Both the position numbers and the translations under genes were made by a program. A DNA stretch of 63,771 bases, counting the filler, from Reclinomonas americana ATCC 50394 (Eukaryota), in the NCBI GenBank assembly GCA_048213135.1. It is 4 parts of 2 records of this genome, joined end to end, with 100 filler letters (N's around TTAATTAATTAA, not from the genome) between each part and the next. Parts side by side here need not be neighbours in the genome. Positions count along the whole stretch, not along the records: positions 1 to 5,704 come from PS015175.1; positions 5,805 to 11,335 come from PS015175.1; positions 11,436 to 38,950 come from PS015175.1; 1 more part is not named here. One strand, 5' to 3'. Below are positions 1 through 12,005 of this stretch, one piece after another (the first letter of the stretch is position 1; each line of letters starts with the position of its first letter). The notes under the pieces are model-generated. The model was given only the letters and a program-made list of their open reading frames with translations. It made no database searches and was not told the origin of the DNA.

Positions 1-91
1 ACCAAGAGCAAGAGGAGTATGGGGGAAGAGGGAGGAAGCGAACAAGGGAAGGGAGCGGTTGCTTTTCGGAAAAACTCGTCAAGACACACAC

Positions 92-266
92 CTGGCGGCA
101 CTGTGCGTTGGTGGTGCACGAGCCTGTGGAGAGCAGTCGTGTGAGCAACGGGAGACGCAAAAGAATGAGCGCGAAAAACAGCAGCACTCACCTCCGCCAC
201 GCGGCCACGATTGTTGCGCTGCAGCAGTGGACGCAAAACAGCACATGTGAGATCTTCTGGCACACA

Positions 267-301
<35 letters not shown>

Positions 302-383
302 CGAGTCGCTCACCTTGAGCGCACACAAGCAGTGTGCAGAACACGCCGACGGCGACAAAGAGGTTGTAGTGGGAGGTACGCAT
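92..383 (-). CDS. 5' exons of a putative secreted protein, running off the left edge
   Basis: ATG at 383: MRTSHYNLFVAVGVFCTLLVCAQ (signal-peptide-like), donor G|GTGAGC, then further GT-AG bounded exons. Confidence 0.4.
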
Positions 384-1500
384 GTTGGGAAGTGAGAAGT
401 GACTCTGCGCAGGAGCGTGGATGTGAGTGCGGGGCTCATGCATTACACAAACATCACAGAGGAGAGAGGGTGGAGAGCGGGTGGGGAGAGTGTGGAGAGA
501 AAGATGGAGGTGGCCTTGGCGTACCTATCTACGCTGAAAGAGTGATGCGTGAGGCGGCTCTCACGCTCGGAAAAACTCGAGTCGTGAACACATGCAAATG
601 CACACGCATTTCATGCATGCAGAGTGCATATTCGAGACACACTCTGCATTCTCTGTTGCGGGGATGGCGGTGATGATGACGGTGGCAGTGAGCGGGTGTG
701 AGGAATGCAGCTGCGCAGCGAGCGTGATCGAAAAGATGATGACGTGTTCGGAAATACCGTAAACCAATCGTGTACATAGACGGCGACAAGTGCTGCGTGA
801 GCAACAGCAACTGCAAGTGCTGTGGAGAGTGCTCTAGGTGGTCAGGTTCAGCGAGCGTTGTTTGATGGTCATGAACTGGTCTGCGCTTCAATTTCGCAGC
901 ATTTCGCGATATCGATTGTTCTTGTGCATGCACCTCGAAACAATCGCGAGTGGCTGGAGGAACGTCGTTGCTGCGCATCCTCCGACACGCAGCGACTTCC
1001 GTTAGCTAGTCTCGTGTGCATGCCCGCTCGCGGTCAAGGTCGTGACCGAAGAAGATCGATATCGAAAGTCTTCGGTCGATGAAAGCATGGTCACGGAAAA
1101 AGCAATAGCACAAGTGTGCGATGCTAAAGGCGGACGGCGACTTACTAGACTTCCCACCAGTTCCAGGAGGTGCATGCAATGCGCCGCGAGTGTGCATGCT
1201 GCGAATTCGAATTCAATAGCAACGCGTACGAGCTCGAGCTGTTCCGAATTCAAAGGTTGGAGTAGAAGCTCATTATCATAAGACCCACCTGCTTGTATAC
1301 TCGATGGTCTGAGTGCCTGCTGCTGCCGCCGCCGCCTGGTTCGTTGTGTTGTGTTCGGAATTCCACCGACGGATCCACCGTCTTCTCCTCAAATCCTCTG
1401 GTGCGTGGGTACGGGGCTGAGTAGAACTCTTGCGCAGTGAAGACCACGTCGCCTCTCTCTGTCTCACACATTGACTTGTGTGTGCACACAGTAAGTCAAG

Positions 1501-3006
1501 ATGGCAGACGTTCCGGCAATGATTGATCCTACCTTCAGGTATGTTGGTGGTCTCTCTACCGTGTGGTGTGTGACGAGGCGATAGAGGATAGAGAGAAGGA
1601 GGGAGAGAGAAGGAGGGAGAGAGAAGGAGAAGGAAAGAGAGGGAAACAGTCCAGCATGCGTGTATTGAAGCGCGCATTTTTCTCATCATTGCTCGCTTGC
1701 GTGTGCGCAGTGGCAACAGCTACTACACGGTGCCGGGGCAGGTGAGCGTGCTTCTGAGCATGAGAGAGAGATGATGATGATGATTATGGATGATGTTCGG
1801 AATGATGTCTCTGCCCTTCTCACTGCCGAGCACAACACACTCGCACCTCTTGTGTGTACAGTGCGCACTAATGTTCTTTTCGTTGTTGCGATGCCACTGT
1901 TCTCACTCAGTCTCTTCATGTCACTTTTCCTGTCTGTTCGTCTCCCCTCTCCCGTCACGATGCTCGAGCTCGGCGGGTGTCTGTCGCGCTGTCTGTGTTT
2001 GCCCTCTCCTACTTGCTCCGCGCCTTCTTTCTTCTTCCTTGTTTGTCTCTTTCTCCCTGCAGTTCTTGTTTTTTCGCGACCCTGCTCATGGTGCACTGTC
2101 CCCTGCTCCCTCTGCTGGTTCTTCTGTGACTCTCGTGCCAAGTTCGTGCACTTCGCGACACGTGCTCATGGCGCACTGTCTCCTGCTCCATTTGCTGGTT
2201 CTGCTGTGATGCCTCTCGTGCCCTGCAGTTCTTGTTCTTCGCGGCACAGCTCATTGCTCACAATCTTGCACTGTGATGTGATGCCTCTCGTGCCCTGCAG
2301 TTCTTGCTCTTCGCGACAGCTCATGGTGCACTTTTCCCTGCTCCCTCTGCTGGTACCGCTGTGATGCCTCGTGCCCTCAAGTTCTTGCTCTTTGTGACAC
2401 AACTCGTGATACGCTGTCCCCTGCTCGCTCTGCTGGCACGGGCGTGATGGCTCTCGTGTCCTCAAGGTCTTGAAAACGTAATGCACTGTCTTGCACTGCT
2501 CCCTTTGCTGTCTGCTGTGATACCTCTCGTGCCCAGCAGTTCGTGCACTTCGCGACACAGCTCATGGTGAACTGTTCCCTTGCTCCCTCTGCTGGCACGG
2601 GTGTGATGCCTCTCGTGCCCAGCAGTTCTTGCACTTCGCGACACAACTCGTGATGCACCGTCTTCCACTACTACCTTTTCTCGCAATTTGAAGTTCTTGC
2701 CACTGCTTTGCGCTTCCCTCTGCTGGCACTGTCACAGCGCAGTCGTGGGGTGGCTCGCCTTGCTCTGCTCTTGCATCATCTAGCACCCTTCTCTGTCTCC
2801 TCGTCCCCGTTGTTTCCCTCCTCCCGTGTCTTGCTCTGCCTGTCTCGTGCGCTTTCCTCCTCCTCCTCACCTGTATCTCTGTTCTCGCCTCGACGCAGCT
2901 CGCGGGACTCACGCAGGCCAGCAGCAGCGACTACGGAACTGTGACCGCCGCCGGCTACGGTGCTTTGCCGACCTCGTCGGTGAACAGCTGGACCGGCAAT
3001 TGCTGA
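1501..3006 (+). CDS. Spliced microprotein A (58 aa), unknown function
   Basis: Exons 1501-1538, 1711-1741, 2899-3006 join in frame: MADVPAMIDPTFSGNSYYTVPGQLAGLTQASSSDYGTVTAAGYGALPTSSVNSWTGNC*. Paralog lies immediately downstream. Confidence 0.7.
2050..2730. repeat. Degenerate ~80-bp tandem repeat (about 8 copies) in intron 2 of microprotein A
   Basis: Recurring unit like GCCCTGCAGTTCTTG..TTCGCGACAGCTCATGGTGCACT..CCCTGCTCCCTCTGCTGG..GTGATGCCTCTCGT. Confidence 0.85.
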
Positions 3007-3168
3007 TGGATGCCACTGAGTGTTGCCTCTACCCGCCTCACTCGCTTCCCTCAATCCCCTTCCCCTCTCCGAATGCGTTTGGCACAATGAAGCATCAGCG
3101 CCGGAGAGTTTGTACGCAGGGTCCCACAAGCAGCTCTTGTTTTTCTTATTCGTCACCGAGCACACATC

Positions 3169-4059
3169 ATGTCTGGCATTCCCGCTCTGATTGACCCTGT
3201 GGGCCCGTAGTTGCGCTTGAGTGCTTCTTGTGTGCCTCACGCACACGCATGTGCTCTGTGTGTGTGTGTGTGTGTGTGTGAGAAGAAACACTTGATTAAG
3301 AATACGTGTCCGCGGAAGGCGAATGAAGAGAGAGAGAGAGAGAGAGAGAGAGGAACGGAGAGAGTGTGTGTGCGTGTGAGAGTCAGCGCATCTCATCAAT
3401 CTCTGCGGTCAAACTCATTTTGTTCGGACACCTCTCTGTGCAGTGGTGGTCACTACGTGGCGACCGCCGGCACCATGTTGGGCCTTGACAACACTGTCAT
3501 GTCGCAGTCGAACGTGAGTACACAGCACTCCCTGCTTTCGCTTGTTTGCGTGTACGTGTCACATTCTCTTGCTTACCTCTGATGAGGTGTTCCTTCTCTT
3601 GCTCTCTCTTTCTCTCTCTCGCTCGCTCTCCGCCTTCGCTTGCTTGCGTGTTCATGTTGCCTTACCTTGCAGTTGCTCGTGTTCTCTCACATTCTCCAGC
3701 CTTAATGCTGTTCATGAGGTATTCGTTCTCTTTTTGAGTCTCTGTCGCCTTGCTTATGTTTCATGTCGCCTGCTTGCGCTTCCTCTCGTGCCTTCTCTTG
3801 TTCATGTTCCGTTCTCCAGCTCGTGGTTGCTTCCTCTCTTCATCACTCTCTCCGCCTTCACCTGCCCTTGCCTGGTTGCGCTCTCCCTTCGTGTTCCCCC
3901 ACTCTTCTCCCCTTACCATCTCCTTCTCACCTGTCGCCACCCCACCAGATCTACAACCCAGCCTACCAGCAGATGACGCTGTCGTCGGTGCAGAACCTGT
4001 CGACTGGCTACGTCAACTTCATGAAGGAGGGCGCCGCCGACGAAGCCGCCGGCTACTAA
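3169..4059 (+). CDS. Spliced microprotein B (73 aa), paralog of A
   Basis: Exons 3169-3209, 3444-3513, 3949-4059: MSGIPALIDPVGPYGGHYVATAGTMLGLDNTVMSQSNIYNPAYQQMTLSSVQNLSTGYVNFMKEGAADEAAGY*. Confidence 0.75.
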
Positions 4060-4209
4060 GCGCGTTCCAACACCTGAGCGGCTGTGTGTACAAGCCGCAT
4101 TCTTGCCTCTCTCCCTACTCCCTTGTTCTCTCGCGCACTGGCGCGTTGAGTGAAGAGCGAGCTTGTCCCTCTCCTCCTCCCACACTTATCATTTCACTGC
4201 ACCCGCCCA

Positions 4210-5072
4210 TCAGCGAAACAGGGAGGAGAAAAAGTCGGCCACGGGGTTGGCGTTGGGCGGTGGCGGCCGTCCGCCCTGCAGCTGCTGCTGCTCCACACCC
4301 TCCGCCAACATGTCCAACATGTGCGGCGGCAGCAGCTCCAGATCGTCCGGGTGCACGCCGGCCAGCGCATTGTGCGTAAAGAGCGAGTTGTCGATCACTG
4401 TCAGGATGCCACCTGCACACAACCACCACCACAACAGCACAAGTGAGAGACCAGAGCTTCTCTTCCAGCGATTCGCCGCCACGCGCTCACCTTCTTGATG
4501 AACGACCTTGTAGACGTTGTACTGCGGCGACTCGGCCAGCTCATTCACGAGCGACTGACAGTTTTGTGCGGCATCCTCCAGCGCATCAATCTCACACAGC
4601 TCAACCAGCAGGCGGTCGGTCATCGCGGCCACCTGTAGTTCACCAGTCAGCGCCCTAAGATCCATGACCCGTCTCCTTGCCATTGCCTCACCTCCGGCAT
4701 CTTCCAGAACTCCTCTTGCCGCTGCAGCGCCACATCCATTAACCGCTCGACCACCGGCGGCAGCACCACGGCCGACTCGCTCTCCCCAACCATGCTTGTC
4801 TCCTCGGCAAAGATCGACACGCGCTCCTTAGTGGCAGGCCGCAGCAGCGACTCGCGATGCAGGAAGCGCGCCACCCACAGCAGCAGCGGCGGCAAATCAC
4901 GCACGGCCGTCGTCAGCCTCGCGCGGAACTTGGCCTCATCGCCCGCCACGGCCGCGCCCACCGCACAGGCCAGTGAGAGCGAAGGAATCGGAGGCAGGTT
5001 GCGGGCCCGTCGGTAGGCGTCAATGTCCTCCAGCGCGTTCAAGTGGCCAGATTTGAGGCAGGCAAAGTCGAG
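4210..5072 (-). CDS. TCF25: TCF25/Rqc1 family protein, 3' exons (5' part lost in gap)
   Basis: LDFACLKS...LPPIPSLSLACA...LTTAVRDLPPLL...LMDVALQRQEEFWKMPE|V and C-terminal NPVADFFSSLF resemble TCF25; two GT-AG introns. Confidence 0.65.
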
Positions 5073-5579
5073 CTGCGGGGGCGGGCCAGGAGAAGGGTGA
5101 GAAGACAAACGAATGAGCACGAAGGAGCAAAATGCATTCCGGTGGGGGAGGGCAAGAGAAAGAGAGAGAGAGAGAGAAGGGCAGCCCCAGCAGCTGGAAG
5201 CACAAGAATACAAGTGAATGAAGCACAAAGGGGACACAGCATAACGGCAGCGAGAGGAGAGTAACATGGAGGAAGAGCGAGTGAACAACATGGAGACAAG
5301 GCCGAATTAATGAAAGTAGGATGCGTCAGCCGTATGGGTCGAAGAGAAGCAGGAGAGAGAGAGAGAAAGAAAGAAAGAAAGAATGGCAGCGCCAGCAGTT
5401 GGAAGCACTACAAGTGAATAAAGCATGAAGGGGACACAGCATAAGAGCAGCGAGAGGCGAGTAACATGGAGAAAGAGCGAGTGAACTACTGGGTCGACGG
5501 CGAGTTAGTGAAGCAGGACGGATGAGGGAGAAGGTAAGAGGAGGTCACAGTATGGTAAGGAGTGAGTTGGAGAAAGAAA

Positions 5580-5704
5580 GAAGGAAGGAAGGAAGGAAGG
5601 AAGGAAGGAAGGAAGGAAGGAAGGAAGGAAGGAAGGAAGGAAGGAAGGAAGGAAGGAAGGAAGGAAGGAAGGAAGGAAGGAAGGAAGGAAGGAAGGAAGG
5701 AAGG
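5580..5704. repeat. (GGAA)n microsatellite at contig end
   Basis: Perfect AAGG array running into the gap. Confidence 0.95.
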
Positions 5705-5804
5705 NNNNNNNNNNNNNNNNNNNNNNNNNNNNNNNNNNNNNNNNNNNNTTAATTAATTAANNNNNNNNNNNNNNNNNNNNNNNNNNNNNNNNNNNNNNNN
5801 NNNN
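5705..5804. other. Artificial contig linker N..TTAATTAATTAA..N (also 11336-11434 and 38951-39050)
   Basis: Identical 12-mer with stops in all frames embedded in ~100-nt N spacers, three times. Confidence 0.95.
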
Positions 5805-5909
5805 CGACGAGTACGTAGTAGTAGAGTAGAGAGGTAGGTGTCGCATATACTTCTCTTCTTCTCTACGTACGTCGTCGCGTCGTCGTTGTTCGTCGTCCTC
5901 TCTCTCCTC

Positions 5910-5960
<51 letters not shown>

Positions 5961-6012
5961 TTCTCTGTTCCTTTGTCACCATTTACCTGCGTTGGTATTC
6001 GTTGTCGTTCAG

Positions 6013-6055
<43 letters not shown>

Positions 6056-6181
6056 GCTTTCCTGTTTATTTTACCTGCCTTTCTTCCGCTCGCATGGGTC
6101 TTTGTTGTCGATTGTCGCTCACTCGACTCCCTTCTCCCCCTTTCCTCCCTTCCCTCATTCCTCCCCCTTCCGCACACACAG

Positions 6182-6349
6182 CGCATGCTCCGATACGAAC
6201 CCGCCGACCGCATCACGGCCAAGGACGCCCTGGAGCACCCGTTCTTTGACGATTTGGTGGGTGCCGGCAGCGGTGCACCGTACGTGCCGCCCGGCTCCTT
6301 CACCGTCGGAGGCGCCAGTTCATCGGCGGCGGCCGGCGGCGGCGTGTAA
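6182..6349 (+). CDS. Last exon of a CMGC (CDK/MAPK-like) protein kinase
   Basis: CAG|RMLRYEPADRITAKDALEHPFFDDL = kinase subdomain XI. Confidence 0.85.
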   Translation, partial: RMLRYEPADRITAKDALEHPFFDDLVGAGSGAPYVPPGSFTVGGASSSAAAGGGV

Positions 6350-6762
6350 ACTCGAGCCACTGAATCGTGCGGATGTTTTTTTAGAGCGAGCGAATTGCGA
6401 AGGAGTTGCGAGAGTGCAGTGTACGGGGCATGTATGCAGCACACACGTGTGCGTGAGGTGGGGTGGAGGGTTTCGTATGCTACGACTGCAGTGAGGCAAC
6501 CCTCCGATGAGGAATTGCCTTGTTCGTGTTCGAATTCGCAAGTTCGTTCGACTTCCTTTCCACCTCTCGCAAGAATTCAACTCAGGTCGGTTATGCACGG
6601 GAGGCAGGCCACCTAGTGCACATTCCTGCATTCCTTTGGGCGGGAAGAGGAAGCCGACCACACGAACTGCACCTCGGACGGACGGTCCGCGTCGAAAAAC
6701 ATAACCGTTTTGCAATTCAAGCATTGTGTGAGAGAAGAAGTGACGCAGTACCAACGAAAGCA

Positions 6763-8464
6763 ATGGGTGTCGAAGCAAGCAGCAGTTGCGCCTCTCCCAC
6801 TTCCTTCCTCCGCTCGTACCTCCTCCCTGCTCACCCTGTCGCCCTCCTCAGTGACCTTTTCCAGCGGTGTGCGTGCCACTCCGCCTCTGACTGGCGACAA
6901 CACACTCGGCCCCTCCACTGGAGGCCTTGTCAGTGGCATGGGCATGCTGGAGCCACAACCAAGCACTCTCCCGTGCCGCATGGGCGAGCTCGGGTGCGAG
7001 TGGTCGGGCATGAATGAGACGGAGGTGCGTTTGACAGAGGCACGCGTGCTCCCCCGTTCCAGTATGTGCGATTGACACCTCCCTCCTCTCTCTCTCTCGC
7101 TGTGACTATAGCTTGGTGCTCATGAGAAGACGTGCGCGTATGTTCGTGCGGAGCGCCATTTTGAGCGACTTGTACGACAGGTGTGTTTGTCGCGATCGGA
7201 CCTCCGTTTCTCCTCCTCCTCCTCGTTTCTCCTCTCATTTCGTGTTATGCAGTTGTACCAGTGTGAGACCACGATCGAGGAACTGCGCGGAGCACTGGCC
7301 TCACAAACGCGAGAGGTAGGGCAAAGCAAGGGCCATGAGTGTGTGTGTGTTGTTTTTAGTGCGTGTATGTGTGCGGACTCACCTCATGCACAGCCAAGTT
7401 CATCAGTCCAGCTCGCTCACATTGTGCTTACAGCCACGGATGCCTAGAGTTATCTCTCGCTGTGTGTGTGTATTATGCCACGGGGATTGCATCTTTTTCT
7501 CGTCGCCCATCACCAATGTGGTTCTCATTGAGTGCTGTGCCCCCCTTTCTCTCTCCCCCCCTCCTCTCGTTTCCCTCTGTGCCATGTGCGTGTGCCGCTC
7601 TGTTGCACGACGCATGCAGCTTCACGTTCTGCGACGATTGGCCAAGGAGCAAGATCGCCGTTCGGATCAACTCGAGCAGCAGCTGGGTGACTTGCAGCAG
7701 ACGGTGTGCGAGTTGACGTCGGCTGCCGCGGCGACGAGTGCTGCGCCCGGCGTCGCCACCACCACCACCGCGGAGCCACACTGCTGCAGTGGCGGCTCGT
7801 GCCACGTACACGTGCACGACCACCAGCACGTGCAACCACTCGTCGTCTCTGCATCGCCGGCGATTGCCAGTCGAGTCGAGTATCAGCTGCCGCTGGCGCC
7901 ACCACCTGTGCAGCCGGCGTACGTGTCGCCACCAGTGGCACGGGCCGCTTCCCGTCGCTCGCGCGTGACTGTGGACACGGAGAGCACCACCGACATTATG
8001 GCGGCCTTCAACGGCGACTCGTCACCCATTTCCGCATCATCGGCACCGGCCTCAGGCTCCGGCTCGCCGACCAGCATTCTGGTTCTCGGCTCCCCACTGC
8101 CGTCGCCGTTCGGCTCCCCCAGCTCGTCTCCCGGCTCCTCCCCAACTTCGGCAGCACAGGCCGCCCGGACACCCTTCGTGTGCCGCAAGTGTCACGAGAC
8201 CATTGACGGTCGTACACCACCCGGTCCGTGCCGCTTCCACCCCGGAGCGCAGCTGAAGAATGTTGCGCGTCGATTGCGATTTGCATGAAGGCCTCTCCAT
8301 ATGTGCGCTCACTCCTTTTTTTTTTTGCACGGTTGTAGTACGGACCACCGTACTGGCAGTGCTGCGGACAGGGTGTGGACTCACCGGGTTGCCGCGCCAT
8401 GGAGCAGCATGCGCCGCCACGGCAACCCTCGAACCGACCGCGCACGGTGCGCATCGGTCAGTGA
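6763..8464 (+). CDS. Protein with TRAF-type zinc finger, coiled coil and C-terminal BTK/CHORD-like Cys/His motif
   Basis: Spliced: MGVEASS|M...CRMGELGCEWSGMNETE|LGAHEKTC...coiled coil...CRKC..CRFHPGAQLKN|YGPPYWQCCG..SPGC..H. Confidence 0.65.
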
Positions 8465-8730
8465 GGATGATCCCGGTGTGTGTGTGTGGAGGGGAGAAAA
8501 AGACAGGGAGACAAGGCGGGCGAGACAGAAACCTACGCCGCCTCTTGTTTATGCTTTGTGGAGCGAAAACGGCAATGTAAACTGTAGATTGTGTGGTATT
8601 GAGAATGTGCGCATCTGCCCGTGTCCGAAGACCAGAAGACAGCATCGCATCTTTTCAATCTCTCGCTTTCCGCGCGCACAGACCACTCCCCCTCCACCGC
8701 ATCTTTTGCTTCCCTTCCCTTCCCTCCCCC

Positions 8731-10930
8731 ATGTCGACCCCGAAGAAGAGCCCCCGCGCCCCGCGCAATGCCGATGCCGCCTCTGGTTCCGCCGGTGCAG
8801 CTCCGGATGCCACCGCCTCATTGCTCGCACAACCCTCCATGGCCTCGCAAGTGAGCACGGCAATGACTGCCGCGCGACTGGAGGCCGCCTTGCGCCCGGT
8901 CATCGCCTTCCGCGATGAGCAGCAGGCGGCCGCCGAGCGCATCATCTTTGAGACCATGCCGCAGCGTGTGGTGGAGCTCACGGAGCTGTTGGTGTGTTGT
9001 GCACAGTGTGTGTGTGTGTGTGCGTATGTGTGGAGTGTGACTCATGTGTATGTCGGGGCAGGCGGAGCGCTTCACCGATGAGACGGGCAAGACGGTGATT
9101 GTTAGCATGGAGGTTTGTTCGAATGTTCGCAAAGGGGAGAGAGGGGAGAAGGGGAAGGCAAAGGGGAGAGAGGAGAGGGGAAGGAGAAGGGGAGAGGGAG
9201 GTTGGGAGCAAAGCAGTGGTGGTGTCGTCGTTGATGGTGTGGTTGAACAAAAGAGAGCGTCGGCTCATATCCGTGGTGGCACAAGCAGGTGTCAGCAGCA
9301 GTGATTTCAACACTGTGCACGCGCGCTCTCTCTCTCCGAGATGTGATGCATTTCATCCTCTCTCTGTATGTCTGTGTTTCTGCCTTGTTCATCTGTCTGT
9401 CCGTCTACCTGCCTGCCCTCTCTATCTCTGTCTCGCGCGCTGTCTTTTTTGTTTATCATTGTCTGTATTCTCTGTTCGTGTCCGTCTGTTTTGCTCTCAT
9501 CTCCCTCCCTTCGCCCTGCACTTCGATGCTGCGTCTCCTTCGTTTTCTCTATCGCACCAACCCCATTTACGATTCAGCCATTCACTCGCCTGGCACTCAT
9601 CCACCGTCAGCTTTTGTTCACTCTCTCACACGTACGCAGTCACTCCTCCTTCCATCTCTCCCCCCCTCCCTCTCTCTCTTCCCTTTCTCCTTCCTTTTTT
9701 GCTGATCCCTTCACCTCCATCTGGAGTCTCACTCACCTCATGTGCACGCACAGGAATCGACCGAGAAGCTGGCGACCAACGAGGTGAGTGGAGTGCACAG
9801 TTGTTGCTGCTGCTTCCTCCGCGCGATGTGCTCACCCTGGTGCGTTCGTGCGCTTGCAGAAAGTCGTCGAGTTGCTGGAGCTGCTCAAGCGGCACCTTCT
9901 CGAGTTTGTGGCCTGCCTCCTGCCCGTCAAGACGTGGATCACGCTCAACATTCCGCGCATTGGTTTGCTTCCCCGTGCGAAGTCCGCGCCATCGTCTTTC
10001 GTCGGTAGCTGACACAGTGTGTGCGTGCAGAGGACGGCAACAACTTTGGTGTCGAGATTCAACAGGAGACCGTTGCCGAGCTCAGCGCTGGCGAGGAGAG
10101 GTGAGTGGAGGGAGGAGAAGGGGAAAGGGAGGGGAAGAAGGGAGAGGGAGGGGAAGGAGGAGGACGTGGAGGAGAGGAAGGGGAGGAGAGGAAGGGGAAG
10201 GGAAGACGATTTAAAGAGAATACGAGCAAAAGGAGGAGGTAGAGGAAAGAGGAAAAGCAGAGGAGAAGAGGTAGGAGCTGGCGCAGGAGGAGAAGGAGAA
10301 AAGAAGAAGGAAGAGAGAGTGAGAGAGGAGAGTGGAGCATGAAAGGGGAGAAGACGACGGCGAACGTGTGAAGAAGAAGGACAGCAACGCTTAGGATGAT
10401 GAGGGGAAGGAAAGTAAGATCAAAAGAAGGAGAAAGAGGAACTGAGAAGGAGGGTAAGGAGTGCAGAGAGTTAGAACAACAAGAAAAGCAGCAGAACTCA
10501 AACGGCGAAGAATCTGGCACATACTCACCTCCCGCTGCACAGCGCCACCGACCTGATGGCCACCAACACCGGCTACTACCTCGCACGCGCCAACATTGTG
10601 CGCAAAGTACGCAAGCATCCCGAGATCGAGGACTACCGCCGCGCAGTTGCGGAAAACCACACACACACACAGACGCACACAATTGTAGTAATGCTGACTC
10701 GCTGCCGATCCACAAGGTGTACGAGCTCGACGAGCGACAGTACCAGAACATCCGCTCGGCCATCATCGACCTCCGCACTGACTACGCAGTTGCGCATACA
10801 CTCACACCATCATTGCCACCAAATCACTCGCAGCTCACTCGCGACACAGACCATGGTCGACATGATCACGAAGAATCTGGAGCGCATCCGCACGCCACGC
10901 ACCAACGCGCACATGGCCACAATGTTCTGA
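8731..10930 (+). CDS. PSME3: Proteasome activator PA28 (REG-gamma-like)
   Basis: VKTWITLNIPRI|EDGNNFGVEIQQE activation loop, KHPEIEDYRRA|VYELDE, DMITKNLERIRTPR...MF*. Confidence 0.92.
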
Positions 10931-11000
10931 AACACACACACACACAACATAGTGAAATTTACAGAAACGCATTGAAAGTGCTCTTCTTATCTTTTCTCTC

Positions 11001-11117
11001 ATGTCGTTGACGCACGCACAACGAGTGACGCGCCTGTACCGCGCCTCGCTGAAGAATGCCCTCTCGTGGTGCATCAATCGTGACTTGTTCATGGAGGAGG
11101 CCACAAAACTGCGCGCG
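11001..11117 (+). CDS. NDUFB9: Complex I LYR subunit B22, exon 1 (rest in gap)
   Basis: MSLTHAQRVTRLYRASLKNALSWCINRDLFMEEATKLRA|GTGAG. Confidence 0.85.
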
Positions 11118-11126
11118 GTGAGAGAG

Positions 11127-11235
<109 letters not shown>

Positions 11236-12005
11236 TGTGTGTGTGAGTACGTACGTCGTCGTCGTCTCTACGACGACGTACGTACGTACGTACCGTACGT
11301 ACGTAGAGAGAGAGAGAGAGAGAGTAGAGAGAGAGNNNNNNNNNNNNNNNNNNNNNNNNNNNNNNNNNNNNNNNNNNNNTTAATTAATTAANNNNNNNNN
11401 NNNNNNNNNNNNNNNNNNNNNNNNNNNNNNNNNNNCGGCTCTCTTCTCACTCTATTCTCACTTTCTTTTCTTCTCTCAGTATCTCTCTTCTTCTCGTTTC
11501 TCCTCATGCATTGTGCGTTCTCTCTGCTGCCTCTCCCTCTCCACTCTTTCACCATGTGCTCCTTATTGTATGATCCTCTTTGTCTCTTTGTTCACTCTTT
11601 CTCACTCTCCTTCCATCCCTCCCCCCTCTCGTTCCTCTCTTCTCCCACTCTCTTTCCTCTCTTCTCCCACTCTCTTTCCTCGCTTCTTCCACTCTCTTTC
11701 CTTGCTTCTCCCACTCCCTTTCTCTCCATCTTTTCCTCTCTCTTCTCCTCACGCTTCTCTCGTGCCTCATCGTGCGTCTTGCATGCACTCTCTGTTGCCT
11801 CTCCCTCTCCATTTTTCATTCACCGTGCTCCTAATTGCATGATCCCTCTTCCCCCTTCTCTCGGACCTCGTTCCCCCTTCACGCCTTCCATCTTCTCTCT
11901 TCTACTGTTGCCTCCTCTTTCTCTCACCATTGCCCCTTCTCCCTCATCCTTCCCTCCCTTCCCTCACCCTTCCCTCACCCTTCCCNNNNNNNNNNNNNNN
12001 NNNNN

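Noticed and set aside
2050-2730. CRISPR-like repeat-spacer array
   Set aside because: Whole units are degenerate copies with no unique spacers; intronic, eukaryotic context, no cas genes.
5749-5760. TTAATTAATTAA as a biological motif (also 11380, 38995)
   Set aside because: Always embedded in fixed N spacers; artificial contig linker. Adjacency across it is unreliable.
11247-11310. TACG/GTCGTC quasi-repeats (also 5805-5900, 39051-39115)
   Set aside because: Occur only at contig ends next to microsatellites and follow the TACG flow order, consistent with pyrosequencing noise.
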